Of a stretch of 64,000 nucleotides of DNA, positions 1 to 13,830 are shown one piece after another. The notes under the pieces were generated by a model. The model saw only the letters and a list, made by a program, of their open reading frames with translations. It had not been told where the DNA came from and made no database searches. Each line of letters opens with the position of its first letter. The stretch's first letter is position 1. The position numbers and the translations under genes were made by a program. The stretch is from Trichoplax adhaerens (taxonomy: Eukaryota; Animalia; Placozoa): positions 1 to 64,000 of the forward strand of contig NW_002060960.1 of the NCBI RefSeq assembly GCF_000150275.1. The letters run 5' to 3'.

Positions 1-448
1 TTATATGTCATTGTATATTTAATATACCAATACAACGATACTTACAGTCTGCAATATTCGTATGATGTGTATGATTGATATGGAATTATGCGATGATAGA
101 ATAATAGAGTTTATATAGTATTGACGTATAGTAAGACACAAGTAGAGAAGAGTAGAGTAGTAATGGTAATTTGTATTGAATGACGATTGAATGGCGATTT
201 AGTGTATAAGCATTGCAGTGTATTGGTGGTTTTAGTATACGTATATCCGTATAATAACCATACGATAATCATTCCATTCGATCATTGCATATATGTACAT
301 ATCCATTCCATAGTAAATCGCATTGTCGATCCAATAGAAAACCATATATATCAATCAAATCATATAAATAATTTTATTAATAAGAGTAAATGTATTAATA
401 AACGACAGTAATAATAATCACTTTACAATTTGCTGTTTCTAACTTTAC

Positions 449-752
449 CTGGATTATTGGCCATATCATGTAAAAGCCAACCGAAGTTTTTTGTTGCAGG
501 ATCTAATTGCAAACATAACAATTGGCAAAAGGAAGTCATTTTTGTTTTATCTTCTTTCTTGGACTTTAACATACTGCACAGCGTTCTGTTTTTTTGTTGT
601 CGAGATAACTTTGAATTGATCACTTCGTACTCCTCCTCTGATATTAAATTCTCATTCTTGATATCAGTTAACAACTCTTCTATAGGTAAATGATCGCAGA
701 GATGATTTTCATAAAAGCGTAAAGCGTTGTCAATATAATTCCATTCTTCCAT
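449..752 (-). CDS. N-terminal CARD/death-fold domain exon of a gene that probably continues leftwards beyond the window (Apaf-1/NLR/caspase-type or adaptor)
   Basis: ATG at 752 just after a cag acceptor (~767). Translation MEEWNYIDNALRFYENHLCDHLPIEELLTDIKNENLISEEEYEVINSKLSRQQKNRTLCSMLKSK...SFCQLL has the CARD pattern (L..lis.eeye.I....sr.qk.r.Ll.mL..k....F.q.L). AG|GTAAAG donor at 448. Confidence 0.7.
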
Positions 753-3131
753 TATATCCAATCAGCCTGTGTGGAGAGTCAAGAATATGGCTATATTTAG
801 TTTTAGCTATTTCGGTTTTCCATTTTTCACTAGCACAGTATTACGTGCAGTAGACAACATCGTAGCAGTAATAAGCTATCACAGCACTTTCATTACAATC
901 CTATTACTCGAGTCCATTTCTACTGTAATGTATAAGTAACAACAGATTGTTGCACTCCATCTTGACTTGAACGCCTTCAAATTATAGTTTAGTAGTCAAA
1001 CAAGGACTCATTGTCGGTATACAAGAAGGATTTACAACGTTGCGACATGGAATAATGTGCGAGTATTTCAATATGTCATTGATATATTCGTAAAGCGATT
1101 GCTGCTGTATCGTAATCGTCAGGTATAGCCTATTTTTCATCGTCCGAGTAGTTTATTCCCTCTTGTAGGCTAGTGTTATTTGATAGTAATAGGATGAATG
1201 GAAGAAATAGGCATCATCGTTTTTGAAACTACTGGCATGGTTTGTTTCTAGATGTCATCATGCAGTTTCATATTACTGTATTATAAACACAAGTGAGTCA
1301 AGGACTATCAGTCAATAATTATGAAGACAACATACGTCAATTTAGTACGAGTGAAAATTGGGACAATCACCTGCATAGCCATGACTAAATATGGATTAGA
1401 TAGTAAATCAAATTTGGACAATCTGCTGATGAAGTATGTGAAGGAAATGCTCTATTCTGTACACTCATTGACTCGTTTGATGGCAGCTATCTACCTGTAA
1501 GAGTATCATTGAATTGAGTGATCTGTGAATGGTGTATTGATCTGATCAATGACAGGCTTACCAGACTGATTGGAGTTGATGGCCAGTGGATATCGGTGGT
1601 GATCTCCCTGGTTGAAATAGCAGATAGTCGATCAACGATGGGATGGATTCCAGATTAATTGCATTACACGGTACTGGCTATTGGCTAAGCAGGAGAAAGG
1701 CAGAAAACGAAAGGGAAGAAAACTGCAGCAAGGCCCGTCAAGATAGCGCAATCAACTGAGGGCTATGTTGGCTACGTTCTCCAAACTAACTTAGCAGTAC
1801 GTTTCAGCAGCTGGTTGACATGGGCAAGGTAGACAGTGCAGTGTAACGCGTCAGACATGCGATCTACTTGAAATGACTCAAGAATCAGCCTGCACATCCT
1901 TAGTATTAGAGATGATCGTCTCTACTAGTCTACCTCATGCGATGACAGTCATAAAGAAGGACGGACATCTTGTTTTATGACTACAGTACTAGAATTAGCC
2001 AGGCCCTTCTCCAGTTCTCCTACTTGTACCAATCATGTCCTTCGAGTAATTATGATTCCATTTGAAATTGGGAAAATGGAATAATAATAAATTAATATAA
2101 TGTTCTCTTCTATTGCATTGGAAGCGAGACAAGCGTGACACAGTGATAGGATTGCATTGGTTTGGAGACGACGGTGTGCCATAGGTACTCTTAACAACCC
2201 TTACAGTAATAGCAGGGCGAGCTTTCTTCAACGTTTTACTTCAAGTATCTTTTAAACTACTGTAAGTACCAGTATACAGTGTAGAAGGTAAGAAATGGGC
2301 CTAGTTACTTTGTTGATAGCCTGCCTGCCTGTTATCCAATACTCCGCTACGATATATGATATTTTGTTAAAGATTGAAATGATGCAGGAAAGATGCAAAT
2401 TATGCTATGCAATGCAGCAACTTATTTCACCCGTTTTTTTTACCCTTCATAAATAAAAAAAAGAGTCGTTTCCTTCTAACATAGAACCACTGATTACTTC
2501 ATCATTACCTTGTTCTTACTCTCCAAACGTGATATAAACAGTAAAATTCTTACATTGTATAACTGATTGAGGTAATCATTGGAGTAGGGTAAAATCTAGT
2601 CAATGCAATAGCACTCTTTCACTATTTTGAATCCAACCTTTCAAGAGTCAATAGTACAACAATTGGTTTTCGTAGGTACATGATCCGTTATGACGATCAT
2701 CTCCACTTACCAGGTTAATTGGAGTTAATGGCAAGTGGATATTGGTGCGGATGTTCCTAGTTGAAATAGAGAATACGATAACGGTGCTTGGAGCGCACAC
2801 AATCCTCCAATCGTAGCGGATCGTTGATGAAAGATGGGATTGAGAAAAGAAAACTCCAGCAAAGCTCGCCAACTGAGAAGAATGTTGCCAATGTTCTTCT
2901 GTATAGATGCGATCAATAGTCTACAGTAGGTCATCCAAAGTGGTGTACAATACACTATGCTGCACTCCACGCTAATAACGCTTGCAGTGGTTGTTTTGGC
3001 GCTCAGCGACGGCAAGTAGGCAGTCGGTAAATTACTTTCAGTACTAAATAAGGGTGAGGGCGATCCATTTTCTCGCTCATTCGACTCTATCAATGCAAGC
3101 GTTTACCAATGCTGCTCGAAAGCAACTGAGC

Positions 3132-3295
3132 TATGCGAAGAGGCGGTCCGTATCTACGGATCGGAAGAAATATCTCAATTTCATTGGTTCCTTCTTTTTA
3201 TTCACAATGGAAAGCAATAACCTATCAAATTGAGTGAATGGAAAGAAGGAACCAATGAAATTGAGATCTGCAGTGTCGCACTGCCTCTTCGCATA
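3132..3295 (+). repeat. Long inverted repeat / fold-back hairpin
   Basis: 3172-3197 is the exact reverse complement of 3242-3267 (26 bp) and extends to 34 bp with two G-U pairs. Outer stem 3132-3147 pairs with 3280-3295 (16 bp, one G-U). Confidence 0.9.
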
Positions 3296-3770
3296 ACGCC
3301 CTTCCCTTAGTAGCACGTTCTCTTCCATTGCATAGGAAGTATTAGAAGTGAGCGTGACACCTTGACAAGATTGCTTTGCCTTGGAGACGACGGTGTGCTA
3401 TAGTGCGCATTGGCAGTGGTTGCCATGGTCACTGCCTTAGTAGCAGCACGGGTACTCGTTTTCACCTTCTGTAGAAACAAGCATACTGCGTAGAACCAAT
3501 GAAATTGAGATCGATCTTCCGATCCGTAGATGATCCATGAGCAGTGTCGCACTGCCTCTTCGCATAACGCCCTTCCCTTAGCAGCACGTTCTCTTCCATT
3601 GCATAGGTAGTATTACTTAGAAGCGTGCGTGACACCTTGACAAGATTGCTTTGCCTTGGAGACGACGGTGTGCTATAGTGCGCATTGGCAGTGGTTGCCA
3701 TGGTCACTGCCTTAGTAGCAGCACGGGTACTCGTTTTCACCTTCTGTAGAAACAAGCATACTGCGTAGAA
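3249..3770. repeat. Near-identical tandem direct repeat (units ~3249-3494 and ~3493-3770)
   Basis: gcagtgtcgcactgcctcttcgcataacgccc...ttcaccttctgtagaaacaagcatactgcgtagaa occurs twice almost verbatim. This explains the duplicated peptides in ORFs 3307-3552 and 3462-3833. Confidence 0.95.
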
Positions 3771-4611
3771 GGTAACCAATGGACCTACAGTAGTTACTTT
3801 GTTGATAGCCTGCCTGTTATGATTGTTATTCAATACTCCGATACGAGTATCTGAACCATGTTGACTGCAAAGTTTACAGAGAGAGTAGTTACTACTTAGT
3901 CTTAATCCGTTCGTTCGATTGCAGACGTAACGGATGATTGAACAGATTTTTGCACTTTACCATTCTCAAATCCAATTAAGGATAGCATTGCTACATTCTG
4001 TAATCATGCTTTGTTGTATTTAATTGTCAGCAATCGCATACACTTAGTTTCCTTGCTAGATTAATTCATTATAAATGGCATGATCCTTGAACTGAAACCA
4101 ACGTATCCAATACAAAATGCTATTTTGTTCAAGATTGTAATGATGTAGTAATCAAGATGGAAATTGTGCTATGGAATGCTGTAACTTACTTTACATGTTT
4201 TGTTTCAACGTACACGTCTTACTTTATATGTTTACTTAACGTACGCATATAAGAAATTAAAATAGAGGAGTCGTTTTCTCCTACAAAAGAATCACTGACT
4301 GGCCAATGTTCCTTCATTGAATACTGTACCATCGACAATATTTTTATCAATATTAATATCCAGCACAAAATGATATTTTGTTCAAGATTGTAAGGATGTA
4401 ATCAAGATGGAAATTGTGCTATGGAATGCTGTAAATTCACACGTTTTTGTTTTTTCATTAACCAATATTCCTTTTCTGATACTGTCCTATGGATATGATT
4501 GTGCTGGATAGTGACGTATTTGCACAATCATCAATTCGTTGGAAACTTATGTACTTACCCTTTTCTTTCTACATCCAAGTCAATCTGTTTTTTTTAATCA
4601 ATGGTAAGATT

Positions 4612-4761
4612 AAACAGATCTAGTTTACGTTCATAAATTCATTGGATACTTAGTTTCTCACCTATTTCTCTCTACACTCTACACTCTACACGCACAATCT
4701 TTTTTTACAAATTGTAGGATGAAACAGACCTAGTTTACGCTCATAAATTCATTGGATACTT
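4612..4761. repeat. 40-bp direct repeat
   Basis: aaacagaYctagtttacgYtcataaattcattggatactt at ~4612 and ~4722. Confidence 0.85.
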
Positions 4762-7700
4762 CAAAAGACAGATCATTCGCTTGGTTTTAGACACAAATCA
4801 ACACAAAATCTGCTGTATATTGACTGCTTGAATTGGACTGGGATGACAAGAAGCATCCATTCTGCTGCCCTATTTTCCACTCAATGTTAGTATACACGTC
4901 GTATAAGCGTACGAGGACAGACAGGATACAGCACTGATCTCATTTATCCAGATCCATCACATGATGACTTGTAAAGGAGAAGCTCTACAGACTCTTAATT
5001 CTCAAAAGGCTAAAACTCTGTCATAGTTTACTTCAATCTTCGATTAAGTTATTATGCTAACTGTACGTTTGGCTTATTGATTTCAATCGTATTTGTTTTA
5101 TACTGCATACAGTATACCGCCATAAATCTCTTAGAAGAATACTCTACCTATTACTGATTACTTCATAATTACTTATTAATCATTCTGCAGCATATCTGGT
5201 AGGATGCCACTACTCGTGGATTGGATATTTTTAATTTGCATTGATCACTTTAGACACCATTCCTCATGGAATTGATAAATGATTAGAACTGTAATTAGCC
5301 ATAAACCTGTATCAATTGCATATCGATAAGTACGGAAAAGAGGAAAAACGATCTGAAAATTACCTAGTACAGGTTACTACTTGAGAAATCTGTTTTCGTA
5401 TCGTAAAGCTTCCAAAGCCTCTTGTAGGACGATGGAGGATTGACTAAAAATTTTACACTAAATATTTAAATGAAATATATAGCCTATATACTGCATTACC
5501 AATATCTCTTCCTCAACGATTAGGCTTTGACTTCATCAATTTGAAGGCAGAAAATCGATAAATCTTCATCCAAAGACGAATAAAGGATAGTCAAGTACTA
5601 ACTACGAGCGTAAAACTTAAACGGATGAAAGCTTAAAGTAAAGTAAAGTGCTTTACAGCACTAATGCACTTCTAATTACGATTTCATAATACCATCTTTC
5701 AGAAACGAAGTAAATCTGATCTTATTATTACTCCTATGATGAAACTGATATCTCGCCCAAGTCCCAATCATTACTTATTTTATACTATAATAAATATCTA
5801 AAATATTGAATTCTAAGAATTAGCTAGTCGTATTACTCGTATGCCTAATTAGTAAATAAATAAAACTACACTTTTAATTAACTTCAAATTTATAAATTCA
5901 TCGTACCGATGAACAGTAACTCAAATATTAGTTCCTAACGAATTAGAAGAGCTGGAAATATTAGCATCATTCCTATCCTAAGAGTTAAGGTCTCCATTAT
6001 AATATCATAGTTAGATGGTTTTATTATTGCATTTCCTGAAATAATTTGGAAAATACTACCGTCCTTAATTGTAATTGTCAAATGATTACTTAATAAAGAC
6101 TAAAATGCACGACTTAAGTTCTCATTTATACGATTAGCATCGATTTTCTGACAAACTGCCAACGCTTACCTACTAAGAATAACAGCCACAAGCATGAATC
6201 TGTGAAAATAAACTTCACCTTGCTACTGCATAACCATAATTACTCTGCCGTCGTTTTGAACAAGTATTTTATTTTACTTCTTAGTAGTAAAATGAATATC
6301 ACGAGAGAATAGTGTTCTAGTGACACACTACTAATGAGAAAAATCTCCTTATTCAGCGTTGTATGCTTGTACATTTTCTGTTCTATCTAGCTCACTTTAC
6401 ATTTGACTTATTTTAAAATCAGAATAAGCTAATGGAAACGATAGCATTAAACTACCTTCTACTCGTGCTGCAGGTAACATCTACTATTTAAACTAGAAGA
6501 TCTTGATTGCATGGAGTGTAAAACTGTAGATGTTACTGTGTAAAAGCCAGTCTTGAATCATCGTAAATTAAAATTCTATCGTCAAGAGCATATTCTAATT
6601 TTACATATCATTTAAATTTTTAGTTTATCCTATTCCTACTTCACAATTACAATTAAAAAATATAATTTAGCACGCTAAAGTTGTTTCCATTTTATTTCAA
6701 TTCTGTTCCTTTAACTTACATAGCGTTGCATATATCTCTATGAAAACTCGCAAACACTGACAATCTTTTTCACCTTTCTTAGTGAGCGTATTGGGATACA
6801 AAGTCCGCCACTAACCGACAGTAGAATTTAAATCAATGATGTTAGTTTAGTATGTGTAATTGTGTAAGTGATCATACAGCCTGAAATTTTGGCTATAAGC
6901 GTATCTTGTCAACTTATCAAAACTTGAAATTTTTGTATGGAATCTTGTAGCTTATTTCAGATAATTTCCTTAACGTAGAAGCTACTGTACTTAAGAGGGA
7001 TGTATTTGTAGTATTATCAATCTAGCTCTTACCTATCATAGCACTTTTTCCCCTTCTAGACATCAAGTATTAACCAATTTTAATGTTTTAGCATACCTGT
7101 AGGATAAAATTGATCTATTTCAGTGATCTATTTGTACCACTGCAAATTGATTGGATATCAGTATTTCACTCATGTTGTCCTGTGCATAGATCAATCTTCC
7201 TTATTGCTGTAAGATAAAACTGATTTATTTCACACATTATTTACTGTACATCATGATAAATTAATTGAATACTTGACGGATCATTGGCTTTGTTTTAGAT
7301 ATAGATTAGTATAGTAAAGATGCGCTGTGTACTGATTCTACTTACATTGGCTAATCTTCGTTTCTTAATAATTGTGGGGGGGGGGGGGGAGGAAGGAATA
7401 GTGTATCATGGCAATACAGTACTGCAAAATAATGATCCGTAGTGGCATCAACTAATAAATTATTTATAATTCGTACAGTCAATAAATCAATTAATGAAGC
7501 TGGTATTTTATGCAACGAGTAATATGGCGCTATATAAGTTGCATAAAGGATGCTTTAATGTAAGATCCAGTAAAGGAATTATAACTCCCAAGTATCCGAT
7601 TCTTTTACTATCGCAAACAGTTAAACTAATAAAGTAATTAAAAGCGTTTAATTTTGACGAATAACTTGAAAAATAGGTAGAGTTAATAGACAATTGCCAC

Positions 7701-9295
7701 TAACTGTAGGCTGTCCTACTATTTTAGAAATGACAACTTAATGCTTCTTCTCCACAGTTCTCTAAAACACGTCCTCTTTTGTACGCCTTTACAAAACACT
7801 TAGTCGTAGACGGTTGGGCAAGATATCATCTCAAAATAGTCAGCCGATCCTAACATACTATAATCTTAACAGTATATCTAAGTTATCACACCAGATCAAA
7901 GATAGTGGGATCTCCTAATTCGTGAAAATGCTGTCTCACTCCAAAATAACCGTTACGAATTTAACAACTCCATCATCAAAACGAGTCTATTTTTCTTATA
8001 AAACAAGTCAATATTACATATAAAAATACTTAAGCATAACAACTAATAGTCTAAGCATATTGCAATAAACATTCAATTACATTTACAATTACAGATGAGA
8101 AAAATTAATCGACTAAAAGTTAAAATCATAATTTTGATTGATACTAAAGTTCGAATATATCATTAATTAGGAAAAATAAAATTAACATTTCAGCAATATA
8201 TATTATTAATTCATTGTCCTATCGTAGAAGCGTTTAATATGAATGATTGTGAAAACTTTGCAGGTTATTCGTTATTGTAAAAGCGATAATCTACAAATTC
8301 TTCCTAATAATCCGTTTAACTTTATCCGGATAATCAGTCCTGAGAATCGATATTTATCGAGCCTAAACCTATAGCAGGGTTTCATTTTTAAGTATAGCAA
8401 TATTATTTTCGTATAAGATATGTTAATAAAAATATAAATGAAATGTATTGCTATTTGTACAACCATTTCTGTACATAAACTTAACTCAAAGATTAGTAAA
8501 TGTACCTGTAACGCTGATTTATGTTAATAAACATTCTAAAATACTAAAAAACGCCTATCTGCCTGATGCAATTACAAAATTAAGAGCTTATGCAACAAGC
8601 TTAACACAGTTCAAAACATAATAAAATATATTAAATCTCAACTTTACAAGTAATAAGGTTTATACAACGGCAAATTTTACACTGTTTTACATTTAAATAT
8701 CATCAACGATAGCATTAGAATGAGTTAGCGTATGTTAGGATTAAGAGGTTTATAGTGCAACAAGCTTCAGACAGTTTCATGTGGGAATAGATCGAATTGT
8801 GTCGTATTAGAATTAATCTAGATAAAGTTAATTTTAGTATCATATATGAAATCAAATTGAACGTGCATACTCTTCCAAATGCAAGGAAAGATATTATCTT
8901 TGGGCTTTATAGTATCATAGCTATAGAGCGATAAATTCCATATAATTCAATATAATCCTAATAAAGAAATGTATCGAATTTTACTGTATAACTATGTACT
9001 CGTTTGCTAATATATTTTGAAAAGTAATTTTGATAATTAATGAACTTTACAAATCTGAATTTATTGTATCGCAAAATAATTCATTCCTTATCAAATTCCA
9101 ATACAGATATATATATGGATGTGTTATGTTAGTAAAACATTCTATTACGTTGTAAGAATCGTACTGGTAATGCCTAGCTATGATTTCTATAAGTTATTAC
9201 ATTAATTCTATACTGATCTCTTTATATAAGATTTAGCATAATGTCGTACAGATGTTGTTTTTATTATTGCTATGATTGATCAACCTCGAGCGTTA

Positions 9296-10417
9296 TGTAA
9301 GTGAACGTCTCGAACGAGACTAGATTAGGCTAGACTTCCACAAAGTTCTACTAGGCTTTCATTAGATCTTCTCGAACACTCATTTACGAATGAAACTACT
9401 AGATGATTATACTGTTGAAAGAACTATCACTATTACTATAACTGAATTCGTAATAACGGCTTGGTCTCTAAACTTTAGCCATTTGTAATAATTTAGCTTT
9501 ATTTTGCTAAGATACACTAAGGTTGGTGACACTATGAACCAAGATAGAGATTAGGGGAACAACACCAGTTTATTTAATATACTTTACTTTGTAAATTAAA
9601 AAGCCGTTTAAGTGAGTCTTGCAATAGTAACAGGTATAACAATACGGCTGAACACTATATGAAACTAACAAGCGAAATGATCTATAAAGTTTACCAAACA
9701 AAACAACTTACGATCTCTTCTTAAGTTATACGACCTCTAGTGGTTAGGACCACGACTTCGATTAACACCAAGAACTACAAACAGGACTACAGCGAAGAAG
9801 ACTCCACTGAAAACAAGACTAAAGTATTCTCGATTATATCACCATTTTATATGCTTCGCAGAGCAGTAGGTGGTCTATTAACTATGAATCATCAATCCTA
9901 AAGTATGCTAAAAGTAGTTACAAACTACAATACTAGCAATTAATCGGACATATCTTAGAACAGATTACACCTTACGATTCCCTCACATAGTACAAATAAA
10001 GTTAACCTTACAAGTCTACAGTAAATGAATACATAATCTTCTCACTTAAAAGTCACTAATAGTTACAATTATAATTCTACAATGAGATACCGACAATCCT
10101 TACATATGACTCACAGACGTCATTCACAACTTAAGGACGCGGTTCACATAAACATTACAAGGATTTTTTTAGATTAGTAATCAACAACCTAAATATGTAA
10201 CAACGATTACAAATCAAACACTTAAATAGTATTAACTATATTAACTACAGTGGACAGGTTCACATTATACTATCTGACACAATCCTTCCACTATCATCTA
10301 CACTAATTTGGATATTACTTGCAAGTCCTATACTAAAATCTTAAATCATCTTACAATACATTACTAAATAAAGAAATATTCTATGAAGGAGAATACTAAA
10401 TATTAACCTTCATTACA
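9296..10417 (-). mobile_element. Non-coding solo-LTR-like / short-TIR element (~1.12 kb)
   Basis: TG...CA ends with imperfect inverted termini (tgtaagtgaa / ttcattaca), strong A/C strand skew, minus-strand TATAAAA (~9850) upstream of AATAAA (~9570). No ORF, and the target-site duplication is not clean (cgtta/cattt). Confidence 0.4.
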
Positions 10418-10421
10418 CATT

Positions 10422-10930
10422 TGTTAATCCTTTGATTCAATTTTTAGATTTTAATTTTTGGAAAATGTTGTAAGGGTTGATTTTTGAAATTTGAACTTTT
10501 CGTTGTGAATTTGAGATTTTGATATTTTATAACGTGACATGAAAGTTACATTAGGAAAATTTAATTGAGAAAATAGAAAATAAGATGGCAAATGACAGAG
10601 GTTACGTTGATTGTTAAGTAGTTAGAGTGTTATTTTTATGACTAAATCTTGATGTTTAAAGGTTAACTTTTAGACTTCTATAATGTATTGATGATTAGGA
10701 ATTACGTTAGAAGTGAAGTTTGATGTATTTTGTAGTAAGATTATTGGTTTTATAGTGTTTTGTGAGGGAATCATGTGGTAAATTGTAACTGAACTTAAAA
10801 TAATTTTTGTTTTCTCAAGTGGTGCAAAGTAGTTTTTTAAAGTGAATCTTAAGAGCGATTGGTTAATAAATGTTTAGTTTTAAATACTACTGACGGCTCT
10901 GCAAAGCCTATAAATGATAAGAGGTTCTAA
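10422..10930 (+). mobile_element. Inverted, diverged partial copy of the adjacent element
   Basis: Opposite (G/T) skew. tgtgagggaatc at 10761-10772 is the reverse complement of 9976-9987. ctctgcaaagcctataaatg at 10897-10916 approximates the reverse complement of 9843-9863, with similar spacing. Confidence 0.45.
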
Positions 10931-13029
10931 AAATTAATTCGTTACAAAGGCAGTGCTATTAAATCAGAAAATTTAGAGTAATGTTAAGGCCTACAGCTAA
11001 TCCTTGACACCGCAAGTCCTCTTAGGTCTAGAGCCACCATCACTCTTACGATTATTCAGGTCTCAATGTGGAACTTATTTTCTACAATGATCAACCACAG
11101 TAATCGCAATTCTATACCTCAAAATTTGACTTGACAATAGCTAAGTAAATCTCTAGTGTGGCATAATCACGGTAATTAGCTGAAACAACTAAAATAATCC
11201 TTACGGAACAGCATCATTGGCGCTTATAAAGTACAGATAAGAGCTTAGATCTATTTAGCAATGGCAACATACTAGGCTACAAAATTAAAAATTTTCACTT
11301 TATTTGCATGCATGAGTATACCCCAAGTAACATGCCATCTGGTATATAAGATATACTACATGCGAAATGTACAAGTACATATGTATATAATAGCGCTGAA
11401 ACAGATTGCTAACTGAGAATTAATTAAAAAGAAGAATGGTATAGATAGATGTATGCATTCATCTTCAGTAATTTCCACTATGATAGATAATATGTCTAGG
11501 ACAAATCATTTGCAAAGATTAACGGCATTGCGTCGCAAATAATATTATTCACCTGGAATCAAATTGATAACTATAGAATTACAGCATCTTATAATCAATG
11601 TATTTTGAGGACTCTTATGGTTGTTTCATAGAGTGGCTACAGGAAATAGCATTTGAAGCTGCGAGATTAAGATATATCTCGGCTATTATTAGGAACAAGC
11701 AAAATCGAATTGTTATTATACGCGTAACACTACTACTTGAGCTATCCTGTCTTGAGGGGTATACGAGTATAATATGCTGTTAAATAAATTCATTTGTCTA
11801 GATTAAATCCAAAAGTTAACATACATATCGAGATGTCGAATGAATGATATCAGTCTAGCATGTGGATAAATGAAATTGACGATTTATCTTGGTTCAGTAG
11901 AGAGTAAAAACGTCATATTGATCTGATTAAGAACATAGTGCTAGCTAGAAGTTGATATTGAACTGCATTTGCCAACAATTGAATCATCATAACCTATAAG
12001 ACTTAAAATTCGATATCAATGCTATTGATTTAAAGATTTAGCGCCTATAATCATATAATATAAACTACATGGACGTAAAATTAATGTATGGTTTCGCAAG
12101 ATAATAAAAATTGAAGATGATTCAATGCATTTCCGTCAGCAATACGTTAAGTATTGAAATGTTAATGAAAGCACTCCTAATTGTGTCAATAAAAAAATCT
12201 CTGTTTTTTTATCTTTATAGCATGTTGACAAGTTCATTAGGTAATTTGTTTCCGTGCCTATATTGTACCGTAATAATTTATTAAATGGAATTGTATTATG
12301 AATTGAACTGAAGCGAAATAAAAATAGAATACATTACCACAAATTCTATTGACAATATCTATCTTTTACGATCATCGTAGCTATCGCTTAAAATCAATAT
12401 AGCCAAAGAAAACAAGTTGAATATTGATAGAACCGAGAAATCTAAAACTAAATTTGTTAACGAAATTTCTGTTTCCTTTAAATATTGCCGGTTAATAAAG
12501 TATATCTACGTCATACTAAATTTTAGCAATGCTTCAATCTGATATGAAGCTACGAATAAGATTCACAAGCTCAAAGCTAGCCGTTACAAGCCCAAACAGG
12601 AAATATTCTTTGTATTATTATGGACTGCATTCGATTAAGGATAAAACAAGTGAATAAAAATCAGCTTGCCATTAAATCAAATAAATAAGCCTTGGTAGCC
12701 GTCCTATGGCTAATTTTGAAATTAACTTTGTAATGTTGCAGCTGTGATCGGCTTTTCCACAACCAACGCACGGCATGACATGTATGGAAGATGAAATCAA
12801 TACGATTGTCATCTTGTCATAACAAATCAATTATCTTCAAGATCTAAAGTTATTATTTTTTATATTTGTTATCGAGTCTAGGTTGTCTTAGTTCATATCT
12901 CGGCCAATTCTTTCACTTTATCACTATGTCAATAAACCAAAGTTATATGTTTATGTTTATCACTGATCAAGTACTACTTGCTGTTTTAGCTTTGGAGAAA
13001 TGCTAATTGTAAATAAATTGCATGGCGAT

Positions 13030-13830
13030 ACGATACCAAGGAGAAAGAAATAGGTTGTTCTTTCTGCACATTATAGTAGCGCATCCTCCTTTACATCATA
13101 TTACAAAAGGGAAGAGAAACTCAATTTCTTCTGTACAGCTATTCCAGCACTTGTAATGCTGCAAGTGATAAAATACTAAAGAGAAAGAAATGTCAATTTT
13201 TTTTCTGTATCAACGTCGTATGTTTTAGCTCTGTTTTATGATTTACGAGCGCCTATAATATCGCTTTAAAAAGATTAGTATTTTTTTTAATGAAATCACA
13301 GGTTAATACCGAATTGTATCGTCTCTACGCGATAATAACACACGTAAATGGACTCTTATCTGGATTCATTTCCACATATTATTTTCTTAGTAGCATATAG
13401 AGTCAATTTCGGTCATGGCTATCAAAATGTGTAGCGATATAAAGAAGTGGATGATTCTTTCAGTATATTATCGAAATGCATCCTACTCAGCGTTCAATTG
13501 CAAACCAAAGTGAAAGAAATACTAGATTTCTTTCTGTGCAATTCATCCAGTATTGCATAGTGATGCGATGCGAAAGAGAAAGAAATGTCAGACTTTTTTC
13601 TGCGTTAATATTTTCTACTATAATTCCACTTTATGATCTTTATGCAACGTTATTTTAAAAAGATCAATATTCTTGTATAGTAAAGGCATCCGTTGAAAAA
13701 CAATGCCAATTTATATCATCATTACGCCATATCAATTGATGGGGTTATTTTGGGATTTATTTAGATTTGATATTTTAATAACATATGGAGTCAATTTTAA
13801 CAATGGCCATCAAAATAGACGAAAGTTCAA
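13030..13830. repeat. Diverged tandem duplication (~400 bp) with internal gagaaagaaat...tttctg sub-repeats
   Basis: aaagagaaagaaatgtca at ~13178 and ~13573; taaaaagat.a.tatt at ~13267 and ~13656; catat.gagtcaattt at ~13394 and ~13782. Confidence 0.7.

Larger units (their letters stand above)
1555..4480. repeat. Nested, diverged segmental duplication
   Basis: 1557-1790 resembles 2706-2890 (cttacca..attggagtt.atggc.agtggatat). 2125-2345 resembles 3620-3845 (ggagacgacggtgtgc, tagttactttgttgatagcctgcctg). 2357-2495 resembles 4118-4300 and 4369-4450 (tattttgtt.aagattg.aa.gatg). Confidence 0.8.

Noticed and set aside
1995-3833. Several minus-strand ORFs of 65-123 aa
   Set aside because: They arise from the GC-richer duplicated repeat, use alternative starts, change frame between copies and resemble no known domain
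7376-7389. Poly-G run
   Set aside because: Simple homopolymer without supporting context
5364-7850. Scattered minus-strand exon-like pieces (e.g. 5364-5443 QSSIVLQEALEALRYENRFLK*, 5500-5597)
   Set aside because: Could not be joined into a consistent ORF; internal stops and implausibly short introns. Chance splice-like motifs or a decayed gene.
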